This document shows, one piece after another, positions 1 through 10,390 of a stretch of DNA of 64,000 nt (positions are counted from its first letter, which is position 1; each line of letters opens with the position of its first letter). The notes below the pieces were generated by a model. It did no database searches and had not been told where the DNA came from. It saw nothing but the letters and a program-made list of their open reading frames with translations. The stretch covers positions 62,001 to 126,000 of the forward strand of contig CALSSD010000008.1 in the NCBI GenBank assembly GCA_943788915.1, read 5' to 3'. A program made the position numbers and the translations under genes. The DNA comes from an uncultured Acidimicrobiales bacterium. GTDB taxonomy: Bacteria > Actinomycetota > Acidimicrobiia > Acidimicrobiales > UBA10347.

Positions 1-967
1 CACTACGTGAAGAACCCCGACGCCAAACGCACCCAAGCCCTGGAAAGGTGGCTGGTCACACCCAGTTACACGATGCTCATGAGCGGCACACCAATGGAGA
101 ACCGGGTCGATGAGTTCAAAGCACTCGTGACCATGGTGCGACCCGACGTAGCCCGCAGCATCGACCCGAACGCTGGGCTCGCAGGCGCGGATGCATTCCG
201 TAAGGCTGTGGCACCCGTCTACCTACGCAGGAATCAAGAAGACGTACTCGACGAGCTTCCCGACAAGATCGAGACTGACGAATGGATCACACTCGACGGC
301 ATCTCGTTCGACACCTACCGCGAAGCTGTTGCCGGTGGGAACTTCATGGCCATGCGCCGGGCCGCGTTCATGACGCCGAATCCCGAGGACTCACCCAAAC
401 TCTTCCGACTGCGCGAGATCGTGGCCGAGGCGGTTGCCAACGGGCGCAAGGTGATCGTGTTCTCCTACTTCCGAGACGTGCTCGACCGCACCGCCGACGC
501 GCTCGGAGGCCAAGTCATCGGCCAGATCAACGGCACCGTTCCCGCCAGTGAGCGGCAAGCGCTCATCGACCGGTTCACCGAACATCTCGAGCCGTGTGTA
601 CTCATCAGCCAGATCGAAGCAGGCGGAGTTGGCCTGAACATCCAAGCCGCGTCGTGGTGATCATCACCGAACCCAGTGGAAACCGAGCACCGAAGAGCAG
701 GCGATCGCCCGCAGCCATCGCATGGGCCAGACCCGAACGGTCGACGTCCACCGCCTGCTCACCGAAGACAGCGTCGACGAACACATGGTCCAGGTTCTTG
801 CCCGCAAGTCGGCACTGTTCGCCGACTACGCACGCGAGAGTCATCTACGAGACGCAGCGCCCGGCGCCATCGACATCACGAACCCAGACGCGATCGACGC
901 AGCCATCTCGGACACCCAGAACGAAGCCGAAATCATCGCCACCGAACAACGTCGCCTGGGCATATGA
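1..967 (+). CDS. SNF2/DEAD-like helicase, C-terminal part (5' end outside window); two apparent 1-bp deletions near 654 and 674
   Basis: Motifs HYVKNP, MSGTPMEN, YLRR, VIVFSYF and AGGVGLNIQAAS; after two frame restorations it continues VVIITEP-QW-KPSTEEQAIARSHRMGQ (motif VI). Confidence 0.85.
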
Positions 968-1005
968 GCCTTGGGGTCTGAGCAGGGGCATCTGAGCACG
1001 ATGCT

Positions 1006-2148
1006 CTAGTGATCGTGGCGGTCGCGGTGTTGGTGAGTTGCGTGGTGCTCGGCCAGCACGTCGCGACCCCAGTCGTTGTCCAAGTCACGCCACACCGTGT
1101 GCACATGGTTCGCGTTGCGCACTGCGTTCTCATATTCGACCATCAACGATGCGCCTTGCAGCCGGTAATACATCGGATCACCCGTCTCGGTGCCTCCGGC
1201 CCAGAGGAAGTGCACGTCGTGCAGCCGATCGCCTGCATATTTAGCGGCCTGAGCGTCGGCTGCCTCGTCGGCAACCCGGCCTACATACAGGTCGAGTAGC
1301 GACCGCAGCATCTCGCGTTGCGGGTCATCCAGCGCGCTCGCTGGGATCCCCTTCGGCCGTCGGGAGAAGGCAAGATCTTGCACATGGGCGTCGGTCAAGC
1401 CGACAACGCCTCGGAAGTGGGCATCGGCGTTGGCCATGAAATTGTGCAGGCTCTCCTCGAGTCGGCCCCGCCACACGACCGGGATCGACAACATGGCATC
1501 ACCCTCTGTCAGGGTCGTGCGATTCGCTGTGACGATGTCGATCGGAGGTGCAGGCGAAAGTACCGTGAGCCGCCGCTGATCATCAGATAATGAGTGCACA
1601 AGGTCCCGGGCTAGATCTTCGATTCCACCCAGCGGCCGAAACGGATGGGGCCCAAGCAGTGGCGACGAAGCCGGGTCTGCCCCGAAGAAACATGGTGTGG
1701 TGCCAACGACGTCACCGTCGACGATGGTGAAGTGCAGCGAAATGTGATGGCCACCGAATCGCCACGCCCATGAATCATCGGCCGGATCGCCGAAGATGGC
1801 AATCCAATACAGCAGCGGATCGCGAGCCCGCTCTCGACCAAACGATTGGGACCAACCCTCGATCTGATCCAGCAGATTCTCGAGCGTCATGATCGCGTTG
1901 GCCGTGACATAGCCGGCATGTGACAGGCCGGTCGCCAGCAGCTTGTGGGTCAGTCGATGTTGCGTCGGCGACATCTCGAGCAGCGACAGGCCGCCATGAT
2001 CGGTTGGCGTGTAGAACCAGGTTTCGCGTTCCTCGTGATCGAATTGCCACCGCAACGCTTCGTGCTGGGCAGGCGAACAGGTGTCGCTCAACTCGGCAGC
2101 GACCTCGGCCATCCGTGCGGCTAACTCTCGACGTGCCATATCGGCCAT
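1006..2148 (-). CDS. DUF3500 domain protein
   Basis: WFYTP, AIFGDP...WAWRFGGHHISLHFT, PCFFGADP, YYRLQG...NHVHTVWRD...DWG are typical of DUF3500; ATG at 2148 abuts the upstream stop. Confidence 0.8.
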   Translation of the reverse strand: MADMARRELAARMAEVAAELSDTCSPAQHEALRWQFDHEERETWFYTPTDHGGLSLLEMSPTQHRLTHKLLATGLSHAGYVTANAIMTLENLLDQIEGWSQSFGRERARDPLLYWIAIFGDPADDSWAWRFGGHHISLHFTIVDGDVVGTTPCFFGADPASSPLLGPHPFRPLGGIEDLARDLVHSLSDDQRRLTVLSPAPPIDIVTANRTTLTEGDAMLSIPVVWRGRLEESLHNFMANADAHFRGVVGLTDAHVQDLAFSRRPKGIPASALDDPQREMLRSLLDLYVGRVADEAADAQAAKYAGDRLHDVHFLWAGGTETGDPMYYRLQGASLMVEYENAVRNANHVHTVWRDLDNDWGRDVLAEHHATHQHRDRHDH

Positions 2149-2149
2149 G

Positions 2150-3331
2150 TCAGTTCCCTGGCTCGTGTAGTCCGAAGATGGAGTCAGGGTCACCCGGTGT
2201 CCACAAGTTATCTATCTGCGATCGTCGACCGATGTCGCGGGTGCGGTCGAGCAGCTGTTTGCCGAGCTTCAGCTGACTGACCTGCCAGTCCGCTAACGCC
2301 TCGGGCACAGACGAGGCCCGGTCAAGACACGATGCCAAGACCCACCCGTCCTCGGCTGCCTTGGCCGTGCCTGCAGCTGCGTGTGGGCGAACAGCAAACG
2401 CTGAATCCCCCAACAAGCAGACCCGACCAAACGACATCTGCTCGACCTCGATGTCGTACACGACCTGCACGAACAGGTCCTGCACCGACTCGACCACCTG
2501 TGCGATCGGCCCCGGAAGTCGGGCTGCTGCGTGAGCTCGCACCTCGGCATCATGATGGGCGCTGACCGTGCCCGGCGGCAGCGACAAGTCTCGGAGCCGA
2601 CCGTTGCGGTCGGTCATCAAATCGGTGAACTCACCACCTGGCGAATAGTTCCGGTACCACACGAAGTTGATCAGCCTGTCGCCCGGTTCCACCGACCCAT
2701 CGATCCCAGGAATCGGATACACCAGGATGTGGCTGTTCGCATACACGTAGTAGGTAATGGCGTCGACGAAACGAGCAGCAACCGCCGGTGGTAGATCAGC
2801 CTCGGGCACCATGCCTCGCCATGCCACATACCCGGCGTAACCCTGGTCGGCTTGGGGTTGGAGCGCGGCCCGGCCCGTGGAACCCACACCGTCGGCGCAT
2901 ACCAGCAGATCAACCTCCGCCGAAGGCTGATCGCCGAAGTGGACCACGACTCGATCGTCGTTCTGCTCGAACGAGGTCATGTCGTGGGCCAACAGATACC
3001 GCTCGGTACCCCAGTGATTCATCAGTTGGCGATACACCGCGTTCCAGGAACTGAACAGATACCGATGATCACTGTCGTGCGCGATACTGCCGTCGCGGTG
3101 CAGGTACCGGATGTGATCGGTAGTGATGCTCACATCGTCGAGCGCGACATCGGTGCGTTCGACCAGGTAACGGTATGTCGCCTCGAGGAAGCCGATCCCT
3201 GCACCGCGTTGTTCAAGTTGGTGCGGAGATCGCTCCCAGATCGTGACGTCGTGACCTGCATCGCGCAGCAGACAAGCCGTGGTCAACCCACCGAGTGACC
3301 CACCGACGATCCCGATACTGACCGGGTCCAT
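2150..3331 (-). CDS. FAD-dependent monooxygenase (2,6-dihydroxypyridine 3-hydroxylase-like)
   Basis: GGSLGGL FAD motif, RGAGI, ADGVGS, YAGYVAWRG, LLGDSAFAVRPHAAAGTAKA. Confidence 0.85.
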   Translation of the reverse strand: MDPVSIGIVGGSLGGLTTACLLRDAGHDVTIWERSPHQLEQRGAGIGFLEATYRYLVERTDVALDDVSITTDHIRYLHRDGSIAHDSDHRYLFSSWNAVYRQLMNHWGTERYLLAHDMTSFEQNDDRVVVHFGDQPSAEVDLLVCADGVGSTGRAALQPQADQGYAGYVAWRGMVPEADLPPAVAARFVDAITYYVYANSHILVYPIPGIDGSVEPGDRLINFVWYRNYSPGGEFTDLMTDRNGRLRDLSLPPGTVSAHHDAEVRAHAAARLPGPIAQVVESVQDLFVQVVYDIEVEQMSFGRVCLLGDSAFAVRPHAAAGTAKAAEDGWVLASCLDRASSVPEALADWQVSQLKLGKQLLDRTRDIGRRSQIDNLWTPGDPDSIFGLHEPGN

Positions 3332-3346
3332 AAGAAGGTGCTTGCC

Positions 3347-3871
3347 TCAGCCTGGCTGACCGAAGGTGGCGATGCGATCCACCGTGCACTCGAACAGCAC
3401 CCGGCGCTCTTCGATGGCAGGGTCGCGCAAGCCATAGGTGTCACCCTCGCCCACGTACTTCATCCAGATGCGATTCAACTGGTCGGTCACCCACGCGCCT
3501 TCTTCGGGATCATCCTCGAGGATCTCGCGGTCGACGGTCACCTTGATGCTCATCCAGTGATACATGTTCTCGGGGTTCATGATCAGGATCGACACCTGCG
3601 GATTGTTCCGGATCCACTCGGTCTTCTTGCGCTGCGCCGCAACATTGATCAGAACCTTGTCGCCCTCGTAGTCGAACCACATCGGCGTCAGGTTGGGGCG
3701 CCCGTCGCCACCCATCACCGCCATGACACACGCCAGCGGCTTGTCCATGAGCTGTTTGTACGTGGGGTCCAGATCGCTGATGCTGGTGATCGACTCGTGT
3801 GAGCCCACCGAGAACTGGTTGGGTTGGACGCCCTCGGAGACATCCAAGAACTTGGCAACTGGAACGGACAT
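3347..3871 (-). CDS. Pyridoxamine 5'-phosphate oxidase-like (PPOX class, probably F420-dependent) protein
   Basis: DGRPNLTPMWF...RKK..WIRNNPQVSI; purine-rich RBS upstream. Confidence 0.8.
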   Translation of the reverse strand: MSVPVAKFLDVSEGVQPNQFSVGSHESITSISDLDPTYKQLMDKPLACVMAVMGGDGRPNLTPMWFDYEGDKVLINVAAQRKKTEWIRNNPQVSILIMNPENMYHWMSIKVTVDREILEDDPEEGAWVTDQLNRIWMKYVGEGDTYGLRDPAIEERRVLFECTVDRIATFGQPG

Positions 3872-3925
3872 AACTTTCCCTTTCTCTCTTCGGTGCCGGG
3901 GAACCGGCGCGGACTTGTGTGTGCG

Positions 3926-5508
3926 TCAGCCGCGGGTCGCGGCCAGCAACGCTGGATAACTCGACGGGTCGATGCGGGCATCGATCAGCCGAGGACGATC
4001 CCAGTCTTGGGCCAGCACGGTTCGCAACTCCGAGGCAGAGTTCACCACATATCCGTCGATACCGGAAGCCCGGGCTACCTCGGCAAAGTCGGTGAGCTGG
4101 TAGGCCACGGCGCGATCGCCGCCGTGTTCGGCCGTTTGTTTGATGCGGATGAGGCTCAATGTTGCATCGTTGAAGACAACAACTGTGATCGGTAGTTGGA
4201 GACGGGCAATGGTCTCGAGTTCGGCCATGGTCATCGACATGCCGCCATCGCCGGTGAAAGCCAGACCGGTTCGCCTGGCCGGGCAATCGCTGCGCCGATT
4301 GCTGCTGGCACCGCAAACGCCATGGTCGCGAGTCCATTGGAGATCAGCAGCCGGAACGGTTCCGACACCGGCCACAGCGGCATCACTGCCAGGAAGTGGG
4401 CTCCGGCATCGACGGTGGTCGTAATGGTGTCAGGCAGGGCCGCTATTGCGGTTTCCACCAGTTGCACCGGGCCGAACGTGTCGCTGCTCTCGGCATGACG
4501 GATGCAGTCGCGGGCCTGGGAACACAAGGCCGTTGCTTCACCGTCTGCCCAGCTGTGATTGGGTTGCAGGACAGTTCGTGCGGTCTCGGCGAGAGGTCCG
4601 ACGACATCAATGGTCGCCGGCAGATAGTCGTCGAGCTGAATAACAGACGACAGACGCACCACCGGCGCGGCCTGCGTCCATGGTGCAGGGATGGGTTCGA
4701 CGAGATCGAGACCAACGGTGATGATCAGGTCGGCCGCATCGAGTACCGGGCGTTCGAGGACTCCGTTCGTGAACAGGCCAGCGCCAAGCGGGCCATCGGT
4801 ATCCACAAGTCCCGCTGCCTGGTACGTACTCAACACGGGCGCACCGAACCGGACAAGGATCTCGGCAAGTTCCGGCGTCGCCGCAGCTTCCATGCCGACA
4901 ATCACGACCGGACGTTCAGCCTGGCCGACCAGATCGACCGCTGCGGATATAGCTGCAGATAAGGCCCCCGTGTCAGGAGCGACTACGACCTCAAGATGTG
5001 CGTCTGCGTCTGGGTGACCGCTGGCGTCGTAATCCAGGTGCACCGCGCCAAACGGCCACGTGGTCGGCACAGTCAATAACCCGACCAGTGTCTCGGCATC
5101 GACGTCGGCGGCCACCGTTGCTGACACCTTGGTAATGGGCGCAAAGAACGCTCGCTGGTCGATCCGCTGATGTGCAACCCGGTGCCGCTGCGCCGCTGGC
5201 ACGGTGTCGGTTACGACAGCGAGCGGAAACCGGTCAAGTGTGGCCTGGGCTGTCCCGTTCGCCACCGATGTGGCACCGGGCCCACGGGTCACGATGACCG
5301 GGGTTGGGGTGTGAGTAATAAGCCCGTGAGTCGCGGCCATGATGGCTGCCGAAGACTCGGCGTGGGCAAGAACGAAGTCGATATCGATTTCGAGAAGCGC
5401 CCCGACCAGATCGAGGTTCGGCCCACCGCCCGGCACACCAAAAGCTGCACCCACTCCAGCCTCGCCCAGTGCCTTGGCGAGTTCGACAGCGAGACCGGCG
5501 GCAACCAC
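3926..5508 (-). CDS. Thiamine pyrophosphate-binding enzyme (acetolactate synthase-like); frameshift near 4265
   Basis: FGVPGGG, HAESSAAIMA, TRGPGATS, NGLATMAFAVPAAIGA, then GDGGMSM...NDA TPP motif in the next frame; TACTGT-6nt-GTG start at 5508. Confidence 0.85.
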
Positions 5509-5732
5509 AAACAAACAGTAGTGACGTCCTGGCGTCAGGATGCAATTAGTTCCTGGGTGCCACTGGCGGCGGGACACCTTAGGTTGATCCACATCCCGCA
5601 GCTCTCGTTGCTGAGTTGTCCGACTCAGCTTGAGATGGTCATCAAAGCTGATGGCAGGCATCGCTGGTTTAGTTGGCTTATGTTGGCTAGACCACTTGCG
5701 CCCGACTCCGCGCCGTCATAGGATCATGCGGG

Positions 5733-6713
5733 ATGAAATATCATGAGAAGACACTCGCAGCAGTGCTCGCAGCGTGTGTCTTGTTGTCTGCATGCAGCTC
5801 GTCGGGATCCGATGCGGTCACCCCGGAAGACACGCCGACCATCGAGAACGTCACCACCGGATCCACGGCTGAGCCAACGACATCTTCGAGTGAACCTGGT
5901 GGGACGCTCCAGCTAGATGAGATCAACGACGACGACCTGATCGCGGCAGCACTTGCCGCCTACCAGGCAGCGCCGCAGCCCGAAGGCACTATTGCCTGGG
6001 ATGTGCTCAACACCAGCGTCTTTGAAAACCAGGTGTCCTTCACCATGTGCACCTGGGACGGACTCACCGCAAACGACGCCACACGCGACGTCAAATACAT
6101 CACGACCATTACCGACGGCGGCACGATCGAGGCCAGCAACGTCCAGTCGTCCCCCACCTCGGGTGACTGCCTGAATACCCAACTCATCGAATCGGCCATC
6201 GCCACTGCGAACTTCCAAGAAGAATTCTGGGAGTCCGTGGCGCTGGCACCGGACACCTTCGCCGACAGCGACGTCCCCGCCCAACTGTTCACCAACTTCG
6301 GCTTCGAAAACTCCCAGACACTGGCAAACCAATGGCTCGCAGACGACGTGATCGTGCGGGGCACGAATGCTGGCACCATCCCCGACGACCTTGTGGCACC
6401 TTTGGCTTGGCGCCGGTACAGCGACGACAACAACCAAAGTGTGCTCGAGCTCGTGTCGTGCATACCGATGGACCCAACGTATGGCCTCTATCGAGGGGAT
6501 CTCCTCCTCGATGACTACAAAGGCGGTTCGGTTAATGGCCCCCATCGAGTTGATCTTTATCGCCTCGTCGCGTCCCCCGGCGGCAGCCTCGGCTGGAGAG
6601 TTGACGGCACCGCTGGATCGGGTTGGGGTGACTGCTTCAACACAGGCGATTGGTTAGGCGCTGTAGGCGATTGGCAGCCGTCCTCGCCATCCTGGGCGTT
6701 GCTCGAGTCGTGA
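5733..6713 (+). CDS. Hypothetical lipoprotein
   Basis: Signal peptide with lipobox LLSAC, Ser/Thr linker, good codon bias. Confidence 0.75.
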   Translation: MKYHEKTLAAVLAACVLLSACSSSGSDAVTPEDTPTIENVTTGSTAEPTTSSSEPGGTLQLDEINDDDLIAAALAAYQAAPQPEGTIAWDVLNTSVFENQVSFTMCTWDGLTANDATRDVKYITTITDGGTIEASNVQSSPTSGDCLNTQLIESAIATANFQEEFWESVALAPDTFADSDVPAQLFTNFGFENSQTLANQWLADDVIVRGTNAGTIPDDLVAPLAWRRYSDDNNQSVLELVSCIPMDPTYGLYRGDLLLDDYKGGSVNGPHRVDLYRLVASPGGSLGWRVDGTAGSGWGDCFNTGDWLGAVGDWQPSSPSWALLES

Positions 6714-7875
6714 GGTTCAAAGCGGCGGCGACGGGCTTTCTCGCCACATTCCTACTTCTCTTTCTTGCTTTGGGCGCACAAGCTCAAGGTGTTGATCCCT
6801 TCGGGGAAGTGAATTAGCTGAAGAGTTAGCCGTCGTCGAGTTCACGGCGTCGGCGGAGTTTGTGGCCGACTTTGTGGCGGTGTTTGCGGCCGAGCGGGAC
6901 CATGTGTCGATCAGCCCGGCCGAGCGTGCCTGCGCCAGGGTGGGTGTGGTCTCCAGCGATGGCGATGGCAACCTGAACTACGAGTGCGTCGCCTATTGGC
7001 ACTGCGGAGGCGAACGGGTCGACGACCTCTACACCGGCAAACTCTCCGCCAGCGACGCATCCGGGGTCTACGCCGAGTACCTCACAGTTGTCAGCAACCT
7101 CGCGGCCGCAGGTGGACCGGTCGCTCCCGATTCAGACATCGACCTCGACCTACTCAACACCGACATCCTGGCCGGCAACCTGGGCGAACCCAACGAGCTA
7201 TTCCTTCTTCCCGTCTTCTACTACTGCCGCAGCGGAGCGTCTGGGCCGCTCGAAATCTACGACCCGACCTACAGCGTGTCGTTCGGATGGGACACCGACG
7301 TCGAAGCCGAGTACGACTTGGACACCGTCTCGAACAGGCTCATCGACGAACTCTTCGAAAGACTCGAAGCACGCGCCCCCGACATCCAGATGACACCACC
7401 CCTAGAGAAACGGGTTGCCATCGTCAACTTCCCCAGCTGGTTCTGGATCGACGGCAACCTGCCACCGATCGAAGTCAGCGGTCTTAGCGACAGGGGCACC
7501 TTCTTCCTCAGAGGCCGGGCCACACTCGATTACGTCGAATGGAACTTCGGTGACGACGAACCACTCAACTGTGCCTGGGACGACATGCTTGCGTGGGACC
7601 CCGACAAATACCACCCCGTGAACAATCGCCCCCACTGCTCACAGGTGTTCGAAAAGCTCGGCCCCTGGGAACTTTCAGCAACGGCCCACTACAACGTCGA
7701 ACAGCAACTCAGCCAACGTTACGGAGGCAACGGCGCCTTCATCCAGGGCCCGTGGGAACCACACCCCACCCGCCCCACCTTCGCGGTGACCAACAACGCG
7801 GGCACGATCGAAACCCGCCCGATCTACTCGCTTAACGTCCCCATCGATGCTGCCCCCATCGACGCCACTGGCTAA
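6710..7875 (+). CDS. Secreted protein with actinobacterial PKD-like C-terminus; 1-bp deletion in GGGG near 6803-6806
   Basis: GTGA overlap with the lipoprotein stop gives MRFKAAATGFLATFLLLFLALGAQA (signal peptide); one added G joins it to ORF 6862-7875 containing IVNFPSWFW...VEWNFGDD...C. Confidence 0.65.
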
Positions 7876-7916
7876 CCGCCGCGCCATCGGGCGATGCTCG
7901 GATTGGTGGTTGCGCG

Positions 7917-9221
7917 TCAGTAGGTGAACGGCACGTCGGGTAGGGGAATCTTCGCGACGACGTCGGCGTCGTTGGTAGCCAGGTGGAGCAGGAAACTGCC
8001 GATGCCAGCTGCGCCCTGCATGTAACCGGTTTGGGTCTCGACGAAATTGGGGCGGTCACGATGTTCGGCTTGCAGCCACCAACGTTTGCCGTCGTCGACC
8101 GCGCTGGCGTCGGCAATAACCGCTGCAACACGCCTTGCCAGGTCGAGATACTCGGGCTTGCCTGTCGCCCGATGTAAGAACAGCGCGTAGTCGCCGATGC
8201 CGGCATCGCCGCAACACTGACCGAAGTTGTTCCATAGGCCGTCGGATCGTATTTCGGGTGCACCAGTAGCCAAGAGTCCAGCCATATTGGCGTGCAGCCA
8301 GTCGAGCCAGCGGTCGTCGCCGGTGATCTCGTACAGCAAGAACATCAACCGTCCCGTACCTGGCGGACCATGACACACACCCAGGTAATGCAGGTCCGGC
8401 TTCTGTTCGGTGTGGCAAACGAGATGACCATCGCCACTCGCCGATGTGTGCGCTTCGACGTATCCGGCGGCCGCGATCGCTATGTCGAGGTATCGCTGCT
8501 CGCCGGTTGCCCGATGCAGGTCGGCCAGGAAGTAGGCCACACCGGCAGCACCATGCGCAAAGTTCGGAGCGTCGAACGGGAACGGCATGTCGGCCATCAT
8601 CAACCAGTTCGGTCCGCCGTCGCCGTCGACCGACATCTCGATCAACCGGTCGGCCGTTTGTGTCGCCAAGTCGAGCGCCTGACGGTGCAACACATTGCGA
8701 TACGCGTAAAGGAACCCGATGCCCGCGCCCGCTGCGCCAATGCTCAGATCCAGCACCTCGCGCTCGCCAGTAATGCCGGTGATCTCGGAAAACGGGATGG
8801 GTTCGACCCAGCCGATGCCTGATCCGAGCGGCTGCGACTGATCGGCAATCCGCTGCATAAGCACCACGGCAGCAGTCCGGAACTCGGCGAGACCGCTGGC
8901 CTTTGCCAACTCGTTGAGGACGAACACATAACCCGGTAGCCCGCTGTAAATGGCGATTGACAGATCATCGGCGTCTGCCACCGACCCGACCAGTTCTCGA
9001 CCACCAGCGATCGCTATGTCGAGGAAACGTCGCTCATCGGTCGCCCGATGCAGTTCGAGATAGAAGAGGACGACACCCGCATTGCCGTGATAGAGGTTGT
9101 TCCGACTACTTCCGCTTCCACCGGCACGGCGTGACCACCGTGGGCCCGCAGCTCCGTCAACCTGGCACGACGCAATAAACGCCTCGACTTCGAGTGCCTG
9201 CTGCAGTAGGTCGTCGCTCAT
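7917..9221 (-). CDS. Stand-alone lanthionine synthetase C-like (LanC/LanCL) protein
   Basis: Repeated GxxG helix motifs (YHGNAG, YSGLPG, SIGAAG, YMQGAAG), catalytic FAHG, Zn ligands in VCHGPPG and QCCGDAG. Confidence 0.85.
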   Translation of the reverse strand: MSDDLLQQALEVEAFIASCQVDGAAGPRWSRRAGGSGSSRNNLYHGNAGVVLFYLELHRATDERRFLDIAIAGGRELVGSVADADDLSIAIYSGLPGYVFVLNELAKASGLAEFRTAAVVLMQRIADQSQPLGSGIGWVEPIPFSEITGITGEREVLDLSIGAAGAGIGFLYAYRNVLHRQALDLATQTADRLIEMSVDGDGGPNWLMMADMPFPFDAPNFAHGAAGVAYFLADLHRATGEQRYLDIAIAAAGYVEAHTSASGDGHLVCHTEQKPDLHYLGVCHGPPGTGRLMFLLYEITGDDRWLDWLHANMAGLLATGAPEIRSDGLWNNFGQCCGDAGIGDYALFLHRATGKPEYLDLARRVAAVIADASAVDDGKRWWLQAEHRDRPNFVETQTGYMQGAAGIGSFLLHLATNDADVVAKIPLPDVPFTY

Positions 9222-9352
9222 TCGACGAACCTACTCGGCGGCAGGCCGGGCCCCGACAACGTGTCAGACCGGCACCTTTTGCTCGTGAAGAGTTCCGGAA
9301 ACCCGACAATGACCTCGAGATTGCCAGCCGACGAGCCCGTACAGGTTCGGAT

Positions 9353-10169
9353 TCACCGTCGGTGGGCCACGTACAGGAAACGCTTCAGAAGGCCGTCGTC
9401 GATGGCGCTCAGCCGTCGTTCACCCTCTGCATTTCTCTCGCGGAGCTCGTCGGCTCCGAATTCGTCCGCGAACGCCTGGGCGTGAGCATTGCGTGCGTTC
9501 ATCCATGCTGCGGCTGTCACTCGATAGTCAGCGGTAACGTCGATGCGATCGATGTCGGCCAGACCGGCCGAGCGCAGCAGCGACGGATAGGTGCTGCGCG
9601 TCGCAATGGCCGGCGGCCCTGTAGCAGCGGCACGGCGCCGATCACGCTTGCCCAAATCACCCGCTACCTCGATGGTCAAGAATGCCAACTTGCCTCCCCG
9701 CTTGAGTAGCCGCCGGTTTGCCCTCAGCACGGAGAGCTTCTGGCGAAGTCAACACAACACATCAGCATGCGAGATTGCCTCGAAACTCTCGGGAGCGAAA
9801 CGGCGGGTTCTGCCCATTGGCAGCGACGACAGCCACCCGGTCGCTGAGTCCGTCGCGCCGCACACGATCGAGCGCCCGCTGCAATCCCTCGGCAGGCATA
9901 TCTGCGAGCACCGCTCGACATCCCGTCGACGCCGCTAGGTAGATACCGGGCCACCCGCTGCCAGTGCCGACGTCAAGCAAAAGTTGGTTTGCTCCCAGCT
10001 CAAGTCGTTCGGCGATCAGGTCGGCCTGACCGATGGTCGTATAGGCGGTTCCGCCGTAGTTGACACCGAACACCGCTCGTTCGATCTGAGCGAGCACACC
10101 ATCGTCTCCGCTTCCGTCCTTGCCGAGCGGTTCGTTCTGTCCATTCATGGTGGTGGCCGGGTTCGTCAT
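9353..10169 (-). CDS. Class I SAM-dependent methyltransferase, candidate selenoprotein (in-frame UGA at 9751-9749; one extra base at about 9791-9800)
   Basis: LLDVGTGSGWPG motif I; reconstructed ...ESFEAISHADVLC-U-LRQKLSVLRANRRLLKRGGKLAF; SECIS-like hairpin after the UGA. Confidence 0.75.
9720..9748 (-). promoter_or_regulatory. Putative bacterial SECIS element (methyltransferase)
   Basis: UGA-CUUCGCCAGAA-GCUCUC-CGUGCU-GAGGGC: 6-bp stem (one G-U pair) 11 nt after the UGA, with G at loop position 2 followed by U. Confidence 0.6.
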
Positions 10170-10390
10170 GGTGAGGCCACCGACGGTAGATGACACTGCC
10201 CTACCGCGGTGACCGGAGAAGTTTTCGTCCATCCGATGTTGTCATACGGAACGAACACAAAACCCGTGTAGATCCCGACCTCGTTACACAACATGATGGG
10301 GTCTCCGCGTCGACCTTCTCGAACATACCGCCAGGTTGCAGCGCAACAGCCTGACAACAGCGATGGGCTGCGGTCCAGTACGTTCAGGCT

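Noticed and set aside
658..660. TGA in the SNF2 helicase as readthrough
   Set aside because: Helicase motifs resume in shifted frames and are explained by two 1-bp deletions.
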